From: Macrostomum lignano
Taxonomy: Eukaryota
Direction of reading: 5' to 3'
Assembly: GCA_002269645.1 (NCBI GenBank)
Contig: NIVC01001389.1
Span: forward strand, 234,318-298,317
DNA length: 64,000 nt
Shown here: piece by piece, positions 1 through 11,255 of the stretch
Position numbering within the stretch: position 1 is the first letter of the stretch
Layout of the letters: every line of letters starts with the position of its first letter
Program-made: the position numbers and the translations under genes
The notes under the pieces: model-generated
What the model saw: only the letters and a program-made list of their open reading frames with translations
The model's database searches: none
Told to the model about the DNA's origin: nothing

Positions 1-1106
1 AGAAGCCGGTATAAGCTCCGCAAAAATCTGTTGAGCTCCCATGAAGTTGCAGCATGGCCGCACTGAAAAGCTCGGCTGACGGTATGCAAGCCGCATGTCC
101 CAGCTTCAACAGGAACCGGGCTTTCAGGAATAGCAGAAATTTTGCCTTTCAGCAGTCGTAGAGTCTTTAAATTTACATTTGGACCGTCCATTGATACTTG
201 TAGTACGGATGAAAGTGGCAGGTTTTTTAAGACGGACTCGAGTGCTTCAAGCAGGTTTTCCGCCTTGGTCGAGCCTAAAAAAGCAGATCCAAGATACTGG
301 GATTGAACCTGATGGCGTTTGTTATCCCAGAATCGAACATGAACGTCCATCTGACTCTTTTGTGTAATCTTGTTTAGAGCCTCATCATAGCAAACCACGA
401 TGTCGGTACAGGCAGCCAGGTTCTGGCGCAGCTCTTGCTCGAAGAATGGAGCGAGTCCAAATTTCAGCATGTAGCCAATCTGTTGGAATGGATGTAGAGT
501 AGGGTTTTTAACTTTAATGTTGCATTAATTTTTAACTAGGTTAAAAATAATTACAAAAAATACATAACAATTACATACCTTGTCTCGGCCCAATGAAAAG
601 TGCTTAGCAATTTCACTATCAGGAAACATATCTTGAAATGTTTCAGGCAGCCCATCAGCCGAACGCATGCTGTAGTTTTTTTCAACACAAAACAATGCCC
701 ACGTGACTTCAGCCTTCAGGACAGCCTCCCTAGTGAAGTAGTTCAACTTAAGGACAGTAGATTGCTGTGGTTGCTGAAGTGCTACTAGTTGTTCTTGAAC
801 CGTAACTGTTGCTGTAGATGGCTCCACAGTGTCACTGATACCATCCTTGGGCTTCTGTGACTGCTGCTGAGATGATGACAGCATTGCACGAACACTGTAC
901 TGGGAACTCACAGCAGTGGCATTCTTTACATGTGTTGACTGGCGCATGTGGCTATCAATTGCAGCTTTGCCCATGTTGCTCAGCTTGAATTTTTTGTTGC
1001 AGACAGCACAAAAAGCAGCAGCTGAATCCCCTGGTGCCTTCTTTAAAAAGGTTGCATATTGTGGAAAACAGTTGGCATTCAGCCAAGCATCCAAGAACCT
1101 TGACAT
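1..1106 (-). CDS. hAT-type DDE transposase, partial; exons 1106-579 and 479-<1
   Basis: Exon 1 has a BED-like zinc finger (CAVC...H...H) and MFPDSEIAKHF. Intron 578-480 is GTATGT...CAG, phase 0. Manual translation of exon 2 is open to base 1: IGYMLKFGLAP...VCYDEALN...QMDVHVRFWD...SMDGPNVN...GTCGLH (two catalytic-type Asp motifs and CxxH). Confidence 0.85.
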
Positions 1107-1719
1107 AATCAGGACTGTGATAGCGCAGTGCTCAGTGCTAGAAGAAAAATTCAGGAAAGCTAGTAGATCGTAGAACACCAGGTTCAAGTAAACCTCATAC
1201 AATTCTCTACACTATATAAAACAAACTGTCTTCATTACATAATATGAACTGCTTCTACTAAATTCATCGATCTGAACAAATGTCAAGACATTACAGTTAT
1301 AGGGTCTTGTAGATTGATTAAATCTAGATTATTTATTTCTTGTATTATACTAACTAAAGAACAAAATTAAAAGTATAGAATAAAATACTTTGCTATAAAT
1401 ATACAATTTAATAAGAATATAACTATACAGGAGAGGTTGTATTTGTAAGATACTATGACATGGTAGCAGCATTTTTTAACAACAAAGTTTCTATCACATC
1501 ATATAGCATAATGGCATGCATTACTAAATTATAGTCTATTTCCACTTTCACATTACACAGATCATAGGAAGAATGATAAATTCCAGGTTTCCCCTCCCAC
1601 ATTGGTGTATTTCCAGGTTTTTTCTTCTGTTTTGGGGCGCTTCCAGGTTTTTCCAGGTTTTTTTGCATTTCCAGGTTTTTCCAGGTTTTTCCTTGTTTTT
1701 CCAGGTCGCGGACACCCTG
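1..1719 (-). mobile_element. hAT-superfamily DNA transposon, 5' portion (rest lies beyond window start)
   Basis: Minus-strand terminus CAGGGTGTCCGCG at 1719-1707, followed by clustered subterminal CCTGGAAAAA repeats (about 1585-1706), then a transposase ORF. The second TIR and the TSD cannot be seen. Confidence 0.75.
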
Positions 1720-1760
1720 GATGATGATGATGATGATAATGATGATGATGATGATGCTGC

Positions 1761-1792
<32 letters not shown>

Positions 1793-1847
1793 CTAATGAT
1801 GATGATGATAATGATGATGCTGATGATGATAATGATGATGATGATGC

Positions 1848-1882
<35 letters not shown>

Positions 1883-1960
1883 CTGATGATGATGATGATG
1901 ATGCTGATGATGATGATGATGATGATGATGATGCTGATGATGATGATGATTATTATGATT

Positions 1961-1990
<30 letters not shown>
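1720..1990. repeat. (GAT)n microsatellite with GCT/AAT/TAT interruptions
   Basis: Direct reading; it abuts the hAT terminus. Confidence 0.97.
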
Positions 1991-1992
<2 letters not shown>

Positions 1993-2076
1993 AAGAATCT
2001 GTCGCAGCTAACTGTCATACATCGCTTGGCCGCTTGGCAACAAGTTTTGCTCCATCAGAGTTCCTCGGTGTTGCAG

Positions 2077-3040
2077 GTTTCGTTCGCATCCTGCGCTGCA
2101 CTCCCAACCTGGTCTGCCTTAGGGCGACCGGCTACAATAGTCTGGACGATGCCGCTAATCTCCAGCTGCCAGCGCTGCCTCATCTTCGCCGGTCTGACCT
2201 AATCTTTCATGAAGCGCGCGCTGAGACCACAATGCCTCTGATTCAGCGAGTCCCCGCGCTCAAAGTCTTGTCATTCTGCGGCAACATGTCGGTCACCGAC
2301 TACCAGCGCATCGCTCAGAACCTGCCAGCCAACCTGACCCACCTGGTGCTGTTTCGCTCCGAAACCGACTGGACTCAAGTGGACAGCCTGCCGCCGCTGC
2401 CCGCCAGCCTGCGGTACCTGGTGCTCGAGACATGGGGTGTGGAAACGACACCACAGCTGATCGGCGCAATAACTGCCTGCTCAGGTGAGCTGCTCTCTTT
2501 TCCGCTCATTATAACAAAGAGCCATAATGTTTTAAAATGAGAGTATTGACTCACCCCAACCCAGCTCTAGAGCACGTGACTCTGGCCAGCAGTGCCACTG
2601 ACGACCTGCTGCCGGCTCTGCTCTCCTGGCTGCCCCGCCTGCGCTGCCTTCGCCTCACCGACTGCCGCCGCCTGACCAGCCAGGCCTGGGCGAATCTGCG
2701 ACACCTGCAGAGCCTCGCCGCCTCGCCGTTGCCCGACCTGCACGAGTTCCGGATTGAGAATTGCAGCGAGTCCAGCCTCACTGATGAGGCGGTGACCGAT
2801 CTGTGCGCCAGTCCGGTCGCCAGGGGCCTGCGGCGGCTCCAACTTCACTCGTGCAACCAGCTGACCGCCGCCTCTCTCGCCAGCATCGCCAGCGGCTGCC
2901 CGTGGCTGTCAGAGCTGAAGCTGCTCGGCTCCCACCGGCTCATCAGACAGGCCGACCTGCAGGCCTTCCACTCTGCCTAACAGCGCTGCATCTCAGTAGA
3001 GCTGAGCGACTCTCCCAGCCTGTTAGAGTTTCATTTTTGA
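2077..3040 (+). pseudogene. F-box/LRR paralog 1, last two exons only (2077-2484, 2565-3040), premature TAA at 2978-2980
   Basis: Acceptor TTGCAG at 2076, donor GTGAG at 2485, acceptor CCCAG at 2564, all phase 1 as in paralogs 2 and 3. LxxLxLxxC LRRs. The last exon is nearly identical to that of paralog 2, which has TAC where this copy has TAA. The F-box exon is not in the window. Confidence 0.75.
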
Positions 3041-4154
3041 AGGCTCCCTCCAAGTTTCTTGGGCACATCGGACATTTGACTGACATTGGATGCGGATGTA
3101 ATGAAAATGAAATGTTTAAACTTTCTGTTGGTTGATGTGCGTTTAGACTATTCAATATTTTCTACAGCTAATGGTTGAAAATGTGTCTTTTCTACAACTG
3201 GAAACTCGAAACATGTTATTTTTTTAGTTTTCTTGTTTATTTCTTTAAAAATGAATAAAAATTCCGCTGTTGTTTATGCAGACTTTTGAATCTTTAATTA
3301 TTTCTGTAGCAAGTTGAACTTCCGTGTTTTTAAAGCTTTTAACGATGTTATATTTCTAAGAAATCTTTGATGCGCAGAAAGCAGAATTTGGACCAAGTTT
3401 ATACGAATGAATTTTTAGGTTTCTCCTAACTTTTTTGAATAAAAAATAAAAAGGTAGCTATTATTCAATGTTTATTCGAATCTTTCGATTATTTAATCCT
3501 ATTAGCATTGCCTAATTTCTTTACAGCGACACGCATACATAATCATGAAAGCTTCTGATCGTGCTTTCTGAAACAAGTCACATATTATACGATAATGCGA
3601 CGTATATTTGAGAGCATATACGGATAAATAGTTTTTTTGTATAGTGGACTAGCCATTTAACCCCTTTCGGGTGGCTCCTGGGGTGCCTACGAGCTACAGC
3701 CCGCAACTGACGGAGCTCAGAACTCAGCTATTCAGCGGGTTTTCCTGCTCAGCCGAGAGCCTTGCAGAGCGTGAAGTCGCTGTGGCTTTCAGACTGTTTT
3801 CATGCCAAAGAGACTGTGTTCTCGTTCTCCTAAAAGTGTTGATTATATTTCTGCTAACTCTTTTGCATCCATATTAGTATTTAGTAGTGTCAGAGCTACA
3901 AGTCTTTGTTATGACCGAATGGAATATTTTTTGCAGCTTGAAATAATTTCTAAACGTAGCTGAAGTCTCCGATCACTGAAGAGCTTCAGTTGTCAGAAAT
4001 CAGTGCAAATTCACAAATGCAAACAGACAGCAGGAGCGGCTGAACCTTCAAAGTTTAGCAGGCGAACACTTTTCATGGCTTCTTAAATGTTTCCAATTAT
4101 GTTATTAGCATTATGATGGAAATGTTATAATGTTATACAATAAACAACTTCCAG

Positions 4155-7100
4155 CCCCACATTGAGCAGCTGCCAGAGGAGCTGCTCACGCAGATCCTGT
4201 CCGAGCTGGACCAGACCAGCCTCGGCCGGTGCGCTCAGCTGAGCAGGCGCTGGCGGCGGCTCGCGACGCAGCCGCGGCTGTGGCGCAAAATCCGCATTGA
4301 CGGCCGCACCGCAGATGCCGAGCTGATGGAGCGGCTCAGAGACTGGCTGGGCGGCAGCGTGCGGGAGATCTCCGCCTGCGGACTGACAGCCGAGCACCGG
4401 CTGCCACTGCTGCTGGCCGCATCCGCCAGCCTCACCTGCCTCAGCCTGAGCTGTCTCAGTCAAGCTGATGTCCTTGTGACCGAGGTGGCCCGCAACTGCC
4501 GCAGCCTTCAAAGCCTGCGCCTTCTTGACTGCCCGGCCGCGCTGTCAGCTGACTCGCTGAGCGGCCTGCTGTCCGGCTGTCTCAGCCTGTCGCTGCTGGA
4601 GGTCGGCGACAATCGCGATGAGGCCGACGTTGACTGGCTGGGAGATCAGCGGGTGCGCCGGCTCTTCCGCGAGCTGGCGGGCTGCCTCTCCAGCCTGTCC
4701 GCGCACTTCAACGGCGCTGCTGGCCTTCTGAGCGGCCTGCCTGCGTGCCCGCGACTTACCAGCCTGTCTGTTGTTGTCTCCCTGTGGCCAGGTGAGAACC
4801 AGGCGCACTTTATCTGCGTGACGCCATACAGTCAGCCTTGACGTAGGGCTTAAAAACCTAGAGACCTTAACTTCGCAGCTGTATCAATAAGATTTTATTG
4901 ACTTACATGCAGAAAATGAATATCGTAGCAGTTTACGTCGCTTTACTTATGTGCATTTCATTACTGACAGTGACACCAACCCCAATAAATTTGGAATAGA
5001 ATTCGTGCAAGAATTAACAAAACATTCTCTGACTTTTGCAGACAAATCGACTATATTGTTGGAAACAGGGAAAAACTGTCTTTTCAGTCTGTGAAGGCAC
5101 ATTGTTACGCTGAGGCAAAGATACTATATTGCTGAGTCAATTAGCAAGCTGTCTTACGCCTGCAAGCTTGGGCTTCTAAACTTATCAAAGTCATTTCAGC
5201 TTATGTATTCTTCTTTGCCACTGAACTGAAAGTAGAAAGCTGTTTTACTAAGTAATAGCTCGTATGCCTGAGTGGCCTATCTAGTTTTATTATGTATGTA
5301 CATTGGCCAGTCCACTGAAATGTACATGGCCGCTTTAGACTGGAACTCCAAGAAAGGCAATAAAAATTGGGGTGGGGGTGGGGGTGTGGAAAGGCGCGGT
5401 TTCAGCAGGGGGGGTAAGAGCCAATAAATGAGCCTTGGCTTTAAAAATACATTAAAATGCTTCTGTTTAACTTACTACTGAACTGAAAGTAGCTTACATG
5501 CAAATGTGCTGAGTGGCCCATCTTAGATATTCTAGCATCTGTGGGCTGAGGATTCCACTGGCGCTGTCAAGGCTTTTTTGCAAACCAAAGTACCAGCTAT
5601 AGAGTCCTGCATGGTTTTGAGTCTATGTTGACCTTCCCACCTGACTTGGCCGCAGCCGCAGGGCGGACATTACATTTAAGCAAGATTTACCTGTCCGTGC
5701 CTGACCAGGCTGTTCAGGAACCTCAGTTTTACGAGCGTATTTCAACGAGGAACCGAATATATAGTAAAAACTGCAAGCCAGATGCAGCACCAAAAAAGTT
5801 TCCGTAGGGGTGAATCCCCACTTTGGTAGATCTGCTGCTAACCGGTCTTTCCTTTCTCAAGAGCTGCCAGGGCTGCTCAGCTGCGCTCCGAACCTGACCG
5901 ACCTGACGGCGCGCGTCTTGGAGCCGTCCGACTCGCCACCAGGCCGCCCGCAGCTGCCGGCGCTGCCCCGCCTGACCCGCCTGAGACTCGCCGATGAGAG
6001 CTGCTGGACAGCCGAGTCCGTCCTGCAACTGCTGGCCGGCTGCCCGCGACTCGGCAGTCTCAGCCTGCACTGCTGGTGGCAGGCGACCGGCCCGGACTAT
6101 CGGCACATTGTGCGGGCCCTGCCGCCCGGTCTGGCCGAGTTGAGCCTCTGCGGCTTCGGCTGGGCCGGCGTGGACGCAGCGGACCTGGCCGAGCCGCTGG
6201 CACCCAGCCTGCGCCGACTGCAGCTCTGCGGGCCCGGCAGCTGCGTCAGCGGAGCCCGAGTGATGGAGGCTCTGGCCAGCTGCTCGGGTAATTGCTGCAC
6301 TGAAATGCATTATTCCACGAGGTATGTTGGGTGTCCTTGGTCTTCTGGCCTCTCAATAGTATGGCTCTTTAATAATTTCGGTTATCAATGCGAGAGCCAA
6401 ATAGCTGAGACGGCGGATTCAACTGACTTTTCCTGATGCTGGCAATCGCGTGATGTTAACTTACAGACCGTTGTACTTGATGTCCGCAATCTAAATGATG
6501 TTGTCTCACAGTTGACTACACTTGCCCTAATGGCCGGATGTGCAACCCGACAGCTCAGCCGCAGCTATTGCGCAGCACATCGGAAGGCTGCGTACGGCTG
6601 TTCAGTCCAAGGACTGGGGGGGACCACCACACACCCTCAATTACCCCAGCTAATGCTGGCAGAGTTGAATGTCTTGCTCAAGGACACAAGCTTCTTGTTT
6701 GGTTTCAACAGCGGTTTATATAGGTTTTCAGTCTTTCGCATTGAAGGATAATCTAGATGGTACATGACTGCTTTTCATTGGCGGATTCGAATATTCTGCA
6801 TCTTGTGCCTTGGCCTTGGATGTACTTTGAATTGAGTGCTGCTGTTAGCATGCGGATCGTAATCATGATTTTGCTTCTTCCCTTGCAAACAGGCCTGACC
6901 CACCTGACCCTGGATGTGAGCCATGACGACCTGCTGCCGGCTCTGCTCTCCTGGCTGCCCCGCCTGCGCTGCCTCCGCCTCACCGACTGCAGCCGTCTGA
7001 CCCGCCAGGTCTGGGCGAATCTGCGAGACCTGCAGAGCCTCGCCGCCTCGCCGCTGCCGGACCTACACGAGTTCCGGGTTGACAACTGCATGGAGTCCCG

Positions 7101-7365
7101 CCTCACTGATGAGGCGGTGACCGATCTGTGCGGCAGTCCGGTCGCCAGGGGCCTGCGGAGACTGAGCCTGCACCCGTGCAACCAGCTGACCGCCGCCTCT
7201 CTCGCCAGCATCGCCAGCGGCTGCCCGTGGCTGTCAGAGCTGAAGCTCTTCGGCTCCCACCGGCTCATCGGGCAGGCCGACCTGCAGGCCTTCCACTCTG
7301 CCTACCAGCGCTGCATCTCAGTAGAGCTGAGCGGCTCTCCCAGCGTGCAGGAGTTCTATTTTTAA
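4155..7365 (+). CDS. F-box/LRR-repeat protein (FBXL-like), paralog 2; exons 4155-4791, 5862-6287, 6893-7365; start micro-exon not located
   Basis: F-box motif IEQLPEELLTQILSELDQTSLGRCAQLSRRWRRLATQPRLW followed by cysteine-containing LRRs. Canonical GT/AG junctions give a continuous frame (637, 426 and 473 nt). Confidence 0.88.
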
Positions 7366-7384
7366 AGACTCCCCAAGTCTCTTG

Positions 7385-8110
7385 GGAGCATTGGACTGAC
7401 ATTGGACACTGGACAATGGACACTGGACAATGGACACTGGACATTGGACACTGGACAATGGAAACTGGACAATGGACACTGGCCAATGGACACTGGACAT
7501 TGGACACTAGATATTTAAGACACTGGATATTTTAGACACTGGATATTTTAGACACTGGATATTTTAGACACTGGATATTTTAGACACTGGATATTGGACA
7601 TTGGACATAGGACATTGGACATTGGACATTGGACATAGGACATTGGACACTGGATATTGGACACTGGATATTGGCACTGGACATTGGACATTGGACACTG
7701 GATATTGGGCATTGGACATATGACATTGGACATTGGACACTGGATATTGGACACTGGATATTGGACACTGGATATTGGACACTGGATATTGGACACTGGA
7801 CATTGGACATTGGACATTGGACACTGGACATTGGACATTGGACATTTGACACTGGATATTGGACACTGGATATTGGACACTGGACAATGGACACTGGACA
7901 GTGGACACTGGACAATGGACACTGGACATTGGACACTGGACATTGGACACTAGACATTGGACACTGGACATTGGACAGTGGAAATTGGACCTGGATATTT
8001 TAGACACTGGATATTGGACATAGGACATATAACATAGGACATTGGACACTGGACATAGGACATAGGACATTGGACACTGGACATTGGACATTGGACATAG
8101 GAAATTGGAC
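7385..8110. repeat. 7-bp minisatellite (GGACATT/GGACACT/GGATATT)n
   Basis: Direct reading; begins just after the paralog 2 stop codon. Confidence 0.97.
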
Positions 8111-9744
8111 AAAGGATGTTAATCTGTTGTATTTTATATAGCTGTGTAAACTGAAAGTTTCATTTGTATGTTTTCTGTTGGAGCTGAACAATTAGAAACT
8201 TTGGAGTGGTGCAGTCAATATATGCCGCTTCCTGATAAGCAAAGCGGGCACAGAGGCTCCCCTGGCCAGAGACTAAGAAGAGAGCTGCTTTAATAGCTAC
8301 GGTACTTAATACTATAAGAAAGTTTGCATCACTCTACGCTCGCAACGAGTGTTCTCTATTCCAGCTAACCAGCATGTCTGCTGTACAGGTGAGAGAATTG
8401 ATTTCAATTAAGCATGAAGTTACATGCTTTTGTAAAAACATTAGAAAACTTGAAATCTTTCGGTCCGCTCCAACAATAATAGTCCCGGAGGAAGCAATTC
8501 CGAATATCTAGTGAACCAACCGTGTCCCATGAGGGTTGAGGACTCGGACGTCCTTCAGATTTTCTTCTTACTTCTGGCGCATATCTCCTCCTATAGTTGA
8601 CGTGGCTCTTCGGTGTGTGAAGCGTGTATGGAGACTACGAGCTACATGGCCGTTGCATTTCCCGGGGTAGAGCTCGTCCAACTGGGAGACGCCCAGGTCC
8701 CGCCTGATTCTGCGATATTTGCAAACCGAACCTGGTTGCAGCACAAGTACGCAACAGTCAGCGGTCCACTGGCAACAGCACTGCATTAAAATGACTCGTA
8801 CTGCACGGTCGCACGAGAGCCAGAGAGACTAAGAGCGGGAAGGCCCGCGCTTTAAATAGCAAAGGGGAGAGAGGGGAGGGAGGCGGGGGATAGTCAGCCA
8901 CGACACCCCCCCTTTGCCGGCCAGCCAATCACGAGGCGCCGCGGCACAGGGCAGAGAAGAAACTGGGGCTGAGAGGTAAGAAACAAGCCCCCAAACCCCG
9001 ATCTGACCCATCCGGGCCAGCCAGAGCAAGGGAGAGAGAGGAGGAGGCAGCACAACACAACAGATGTGATCCGTCAGCGTAGCTGTAAACCTCTCAAGAC
9101 AGTCGAGGTGCTGAAAAGCCTTCGGGTTTTCTTTGAAGCGCTCCCTGACTTGTCCACAGATCGAGAGGCTCTCCGACGCGCTGCTCACGCGGATTCTGTC
9201 CGAGCTAGACCACCAATGCCTCGGCCGGTGTGCTCAGCTGAGCAGGCGCTGGCGGCGGCTCGCCGTGCAGCCGCAGCTGTGGCGCTCAGTGCCAGTCCGG
9301 ATCCGAGGCCGGAACCTGCCGTCCCGCCTGCCCGAGTCGCTGCTGGAGCTGCAGGTGGAGGTCGGTGCGGGCGCCAAGCTGTCGCCTTTGCTCAGATGGC
9401 TGCCGGTTCTACAGCGCCTCTCCATCGCTGACTGCAGCTTCGCAGACTCGCAGAATCCGCTGATCGCTTTGGGTCGGAGCTGCCCGGACCTGCGCGAGCT
9501 CCGCCTTCAGTTCTGCCGGAACGCGCTGACAGCGGCCTCGTTGAGCAGCCTGGTAGCCGGCTGTCCGAGACTGTCCCTGCGCCGACGATGATGACGAAGT
9601 ATTCGCGCTTTTTTTCCAGCTGGTGCCGCGCCTCTCCAGCCTCGATGTGGTGCATCAAAGTGCACAGTTCGTTTCATCGGCCTGGTTCGCTCGGTTCAAA
9701 GATCTGCTGCCCGAGTGCCCGCGGCTCGCCAGCCTCTCCATCTT

Positions 9745-10345
9745 CTCCTGGGACTGGACCCGTGAGTCAGATCTCCTGGGACTGGACCCGTGAGTCAGAT
9801 CTCCTGGGACTGGACCCGTGAGTCAGATCTCCTGGGACTGGACCCGTGAGTCAGATCTCCTGGGACTGGACCCGTGAGTCAGATCTTACCCTGGGACTGG
9901 ACCCGTGAGTCAGATCTTCTCCTGGGACTGGACCCGTGAGTCAGATCTCCTGGGACTGGACCCGTGAGTCAGATCTCCTGGGACTGGACCCGTGAGTCAG
10001 ATCTCCTGGGACTGGACCCGTGAGTCAGATCTTCTCCTGGGACTGGACCCGTGAGTCAGATCTCCTGGGACTGGACCCGTGAGTCAGATCTTCTCCTGGG
10101 ACTGGACCCGTGAGTCAGATCTTCTCCTGGGACTGGACCCGTGAGTCAGATCTTACCCTGGGACTGGACCCGTGAGTCAGATCTTGTTCTGGGACTGGAC
10201 CCGTGAGTCAGATCTTCTCCTGGGACTGGACCCGTGAGTCAGATCTTGTCCTGGGACTGAACCTGTGAGTCAGATCTTCTCCTGGGACTGGACCCGTGAG
10301 TCAGATGTTACCCTGGGACTGGACTCGTGAGTCAAATCTTACCCT
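9745..10345. repeat. 28-32 bp minisatellite CTCCTGGGACTGGACCC|GTGAGTCAGAT, about 20 copies
   Basis: The unit equals the exon 3' end plus the splice donor of F-box paralog 3. Confidence 0.95.
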
Positions 10346-10896
10346 GGGGCCGGACCCGTTACTTATATCTTTTTATCACACACTCTGGGCGCCTTTTGAT
10401 GGGGCGCCAGAGTGCGGATAATGCTGGAAGACCAATTTTCACTGATATACTCGGTTTTCCAATTTGAGCTGAGAAAATTTCTGATTACAGAGTTTCTGCA
10501 GCTGCTGAGCAAGACGCCGAACCTGAAGGACCTCACAGTCAACTGCATTGGGTCGCTGGAAGAAAGATTTCATCAAAAGAAGTTTCAGCTGCCTTCCCTC
10601 CGTAGCATTCGCGTCTGCGACCTCCACCGCAACCGCTGGAGCTCCGAGTCCGTGCTGGCTCTGTTGAGCTGCTTCCCGGAGATCTGCAGCATCGGCCTCA
10701 GCCTGAATATGGCTGATGGGGAGCTTCAGCAGCTGCTCCGAGCGCTGCCTGGCAACCTGGAGGAGCTTCAGGTTAGCGTGCAGAGGTACGAGAAGCAGGT
10801 GGTGGACAGCCTCTTTGACAAGCTGCCAGCCTGCCTGTGGTCTCTCCAGCTGGAAGGCTTCATGGACTGCGGAATGCAGCTGGTTGAAGCCTTGAG

Positions 10897-11255
10897 TGGC
10901 TGCTCAGGTGAGCGGGTCTGGCGCTGGTGTGGGCTGGTGGCTGCTCAGGTGAGCGGGTCTGTTGCTGATGTGGACTGGTGGCTGCTCAGGTGAGCGGCTC
11001 TGTTGCTGGTGTGGGCTGGTGGCTGCTCAGGTGAGCGGGTCTGTTGCTGGTGTGGGCTGGTGGCTGCTCAGGTGAGCGGGTCTGTTGCTGCCTGGTGTGG
11101 GCTGGTGGCTGCTCAGGTGAGCGGGTCTGTTGCTGGTGTGAGCTGGTGACTGCTCAGGTGAGCGGGTCTGTTGCTGGTGTGGGCTGGTGGCTGCTCAGGT
11201 GAGCGGGTCTGCAGCTGGTGTGGGCTGGTGGCTGCTCAGGTGAGCGGGTCTGGCG
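10897..11255. repeat. 41-bp minisatellite GGCTGCTCAG|GTGAGCGGGTCTGTTGCTGGTGTGGGCTGGT, 9 copies
   Basis: Donor GT at 10908, 10949, 10990, 11031, 11072, 11117, 11158, 11199 and 11240. Confidence 0.95.

Noticed and set aside
1573-2202. 209-aa ORF with a long poly-Asp tract (and the poly-Met ORF at 1721-2011)
   Set aside because: It runs through the hAT subterminal repeats and the (GAT)n microsatellite. The real F-box exon starts at the acceptor at 2077 in another frame.
3655-3680. TTAACCCCTTT, resembling a piggyBac-type end
   Set aside because: No matching opposite terminus was found nearby.
7128-8191. ORFs such as MSNVQCPMSS... and MDIGHWTLD...
   Set aside because: Translations of the 7-bp array.
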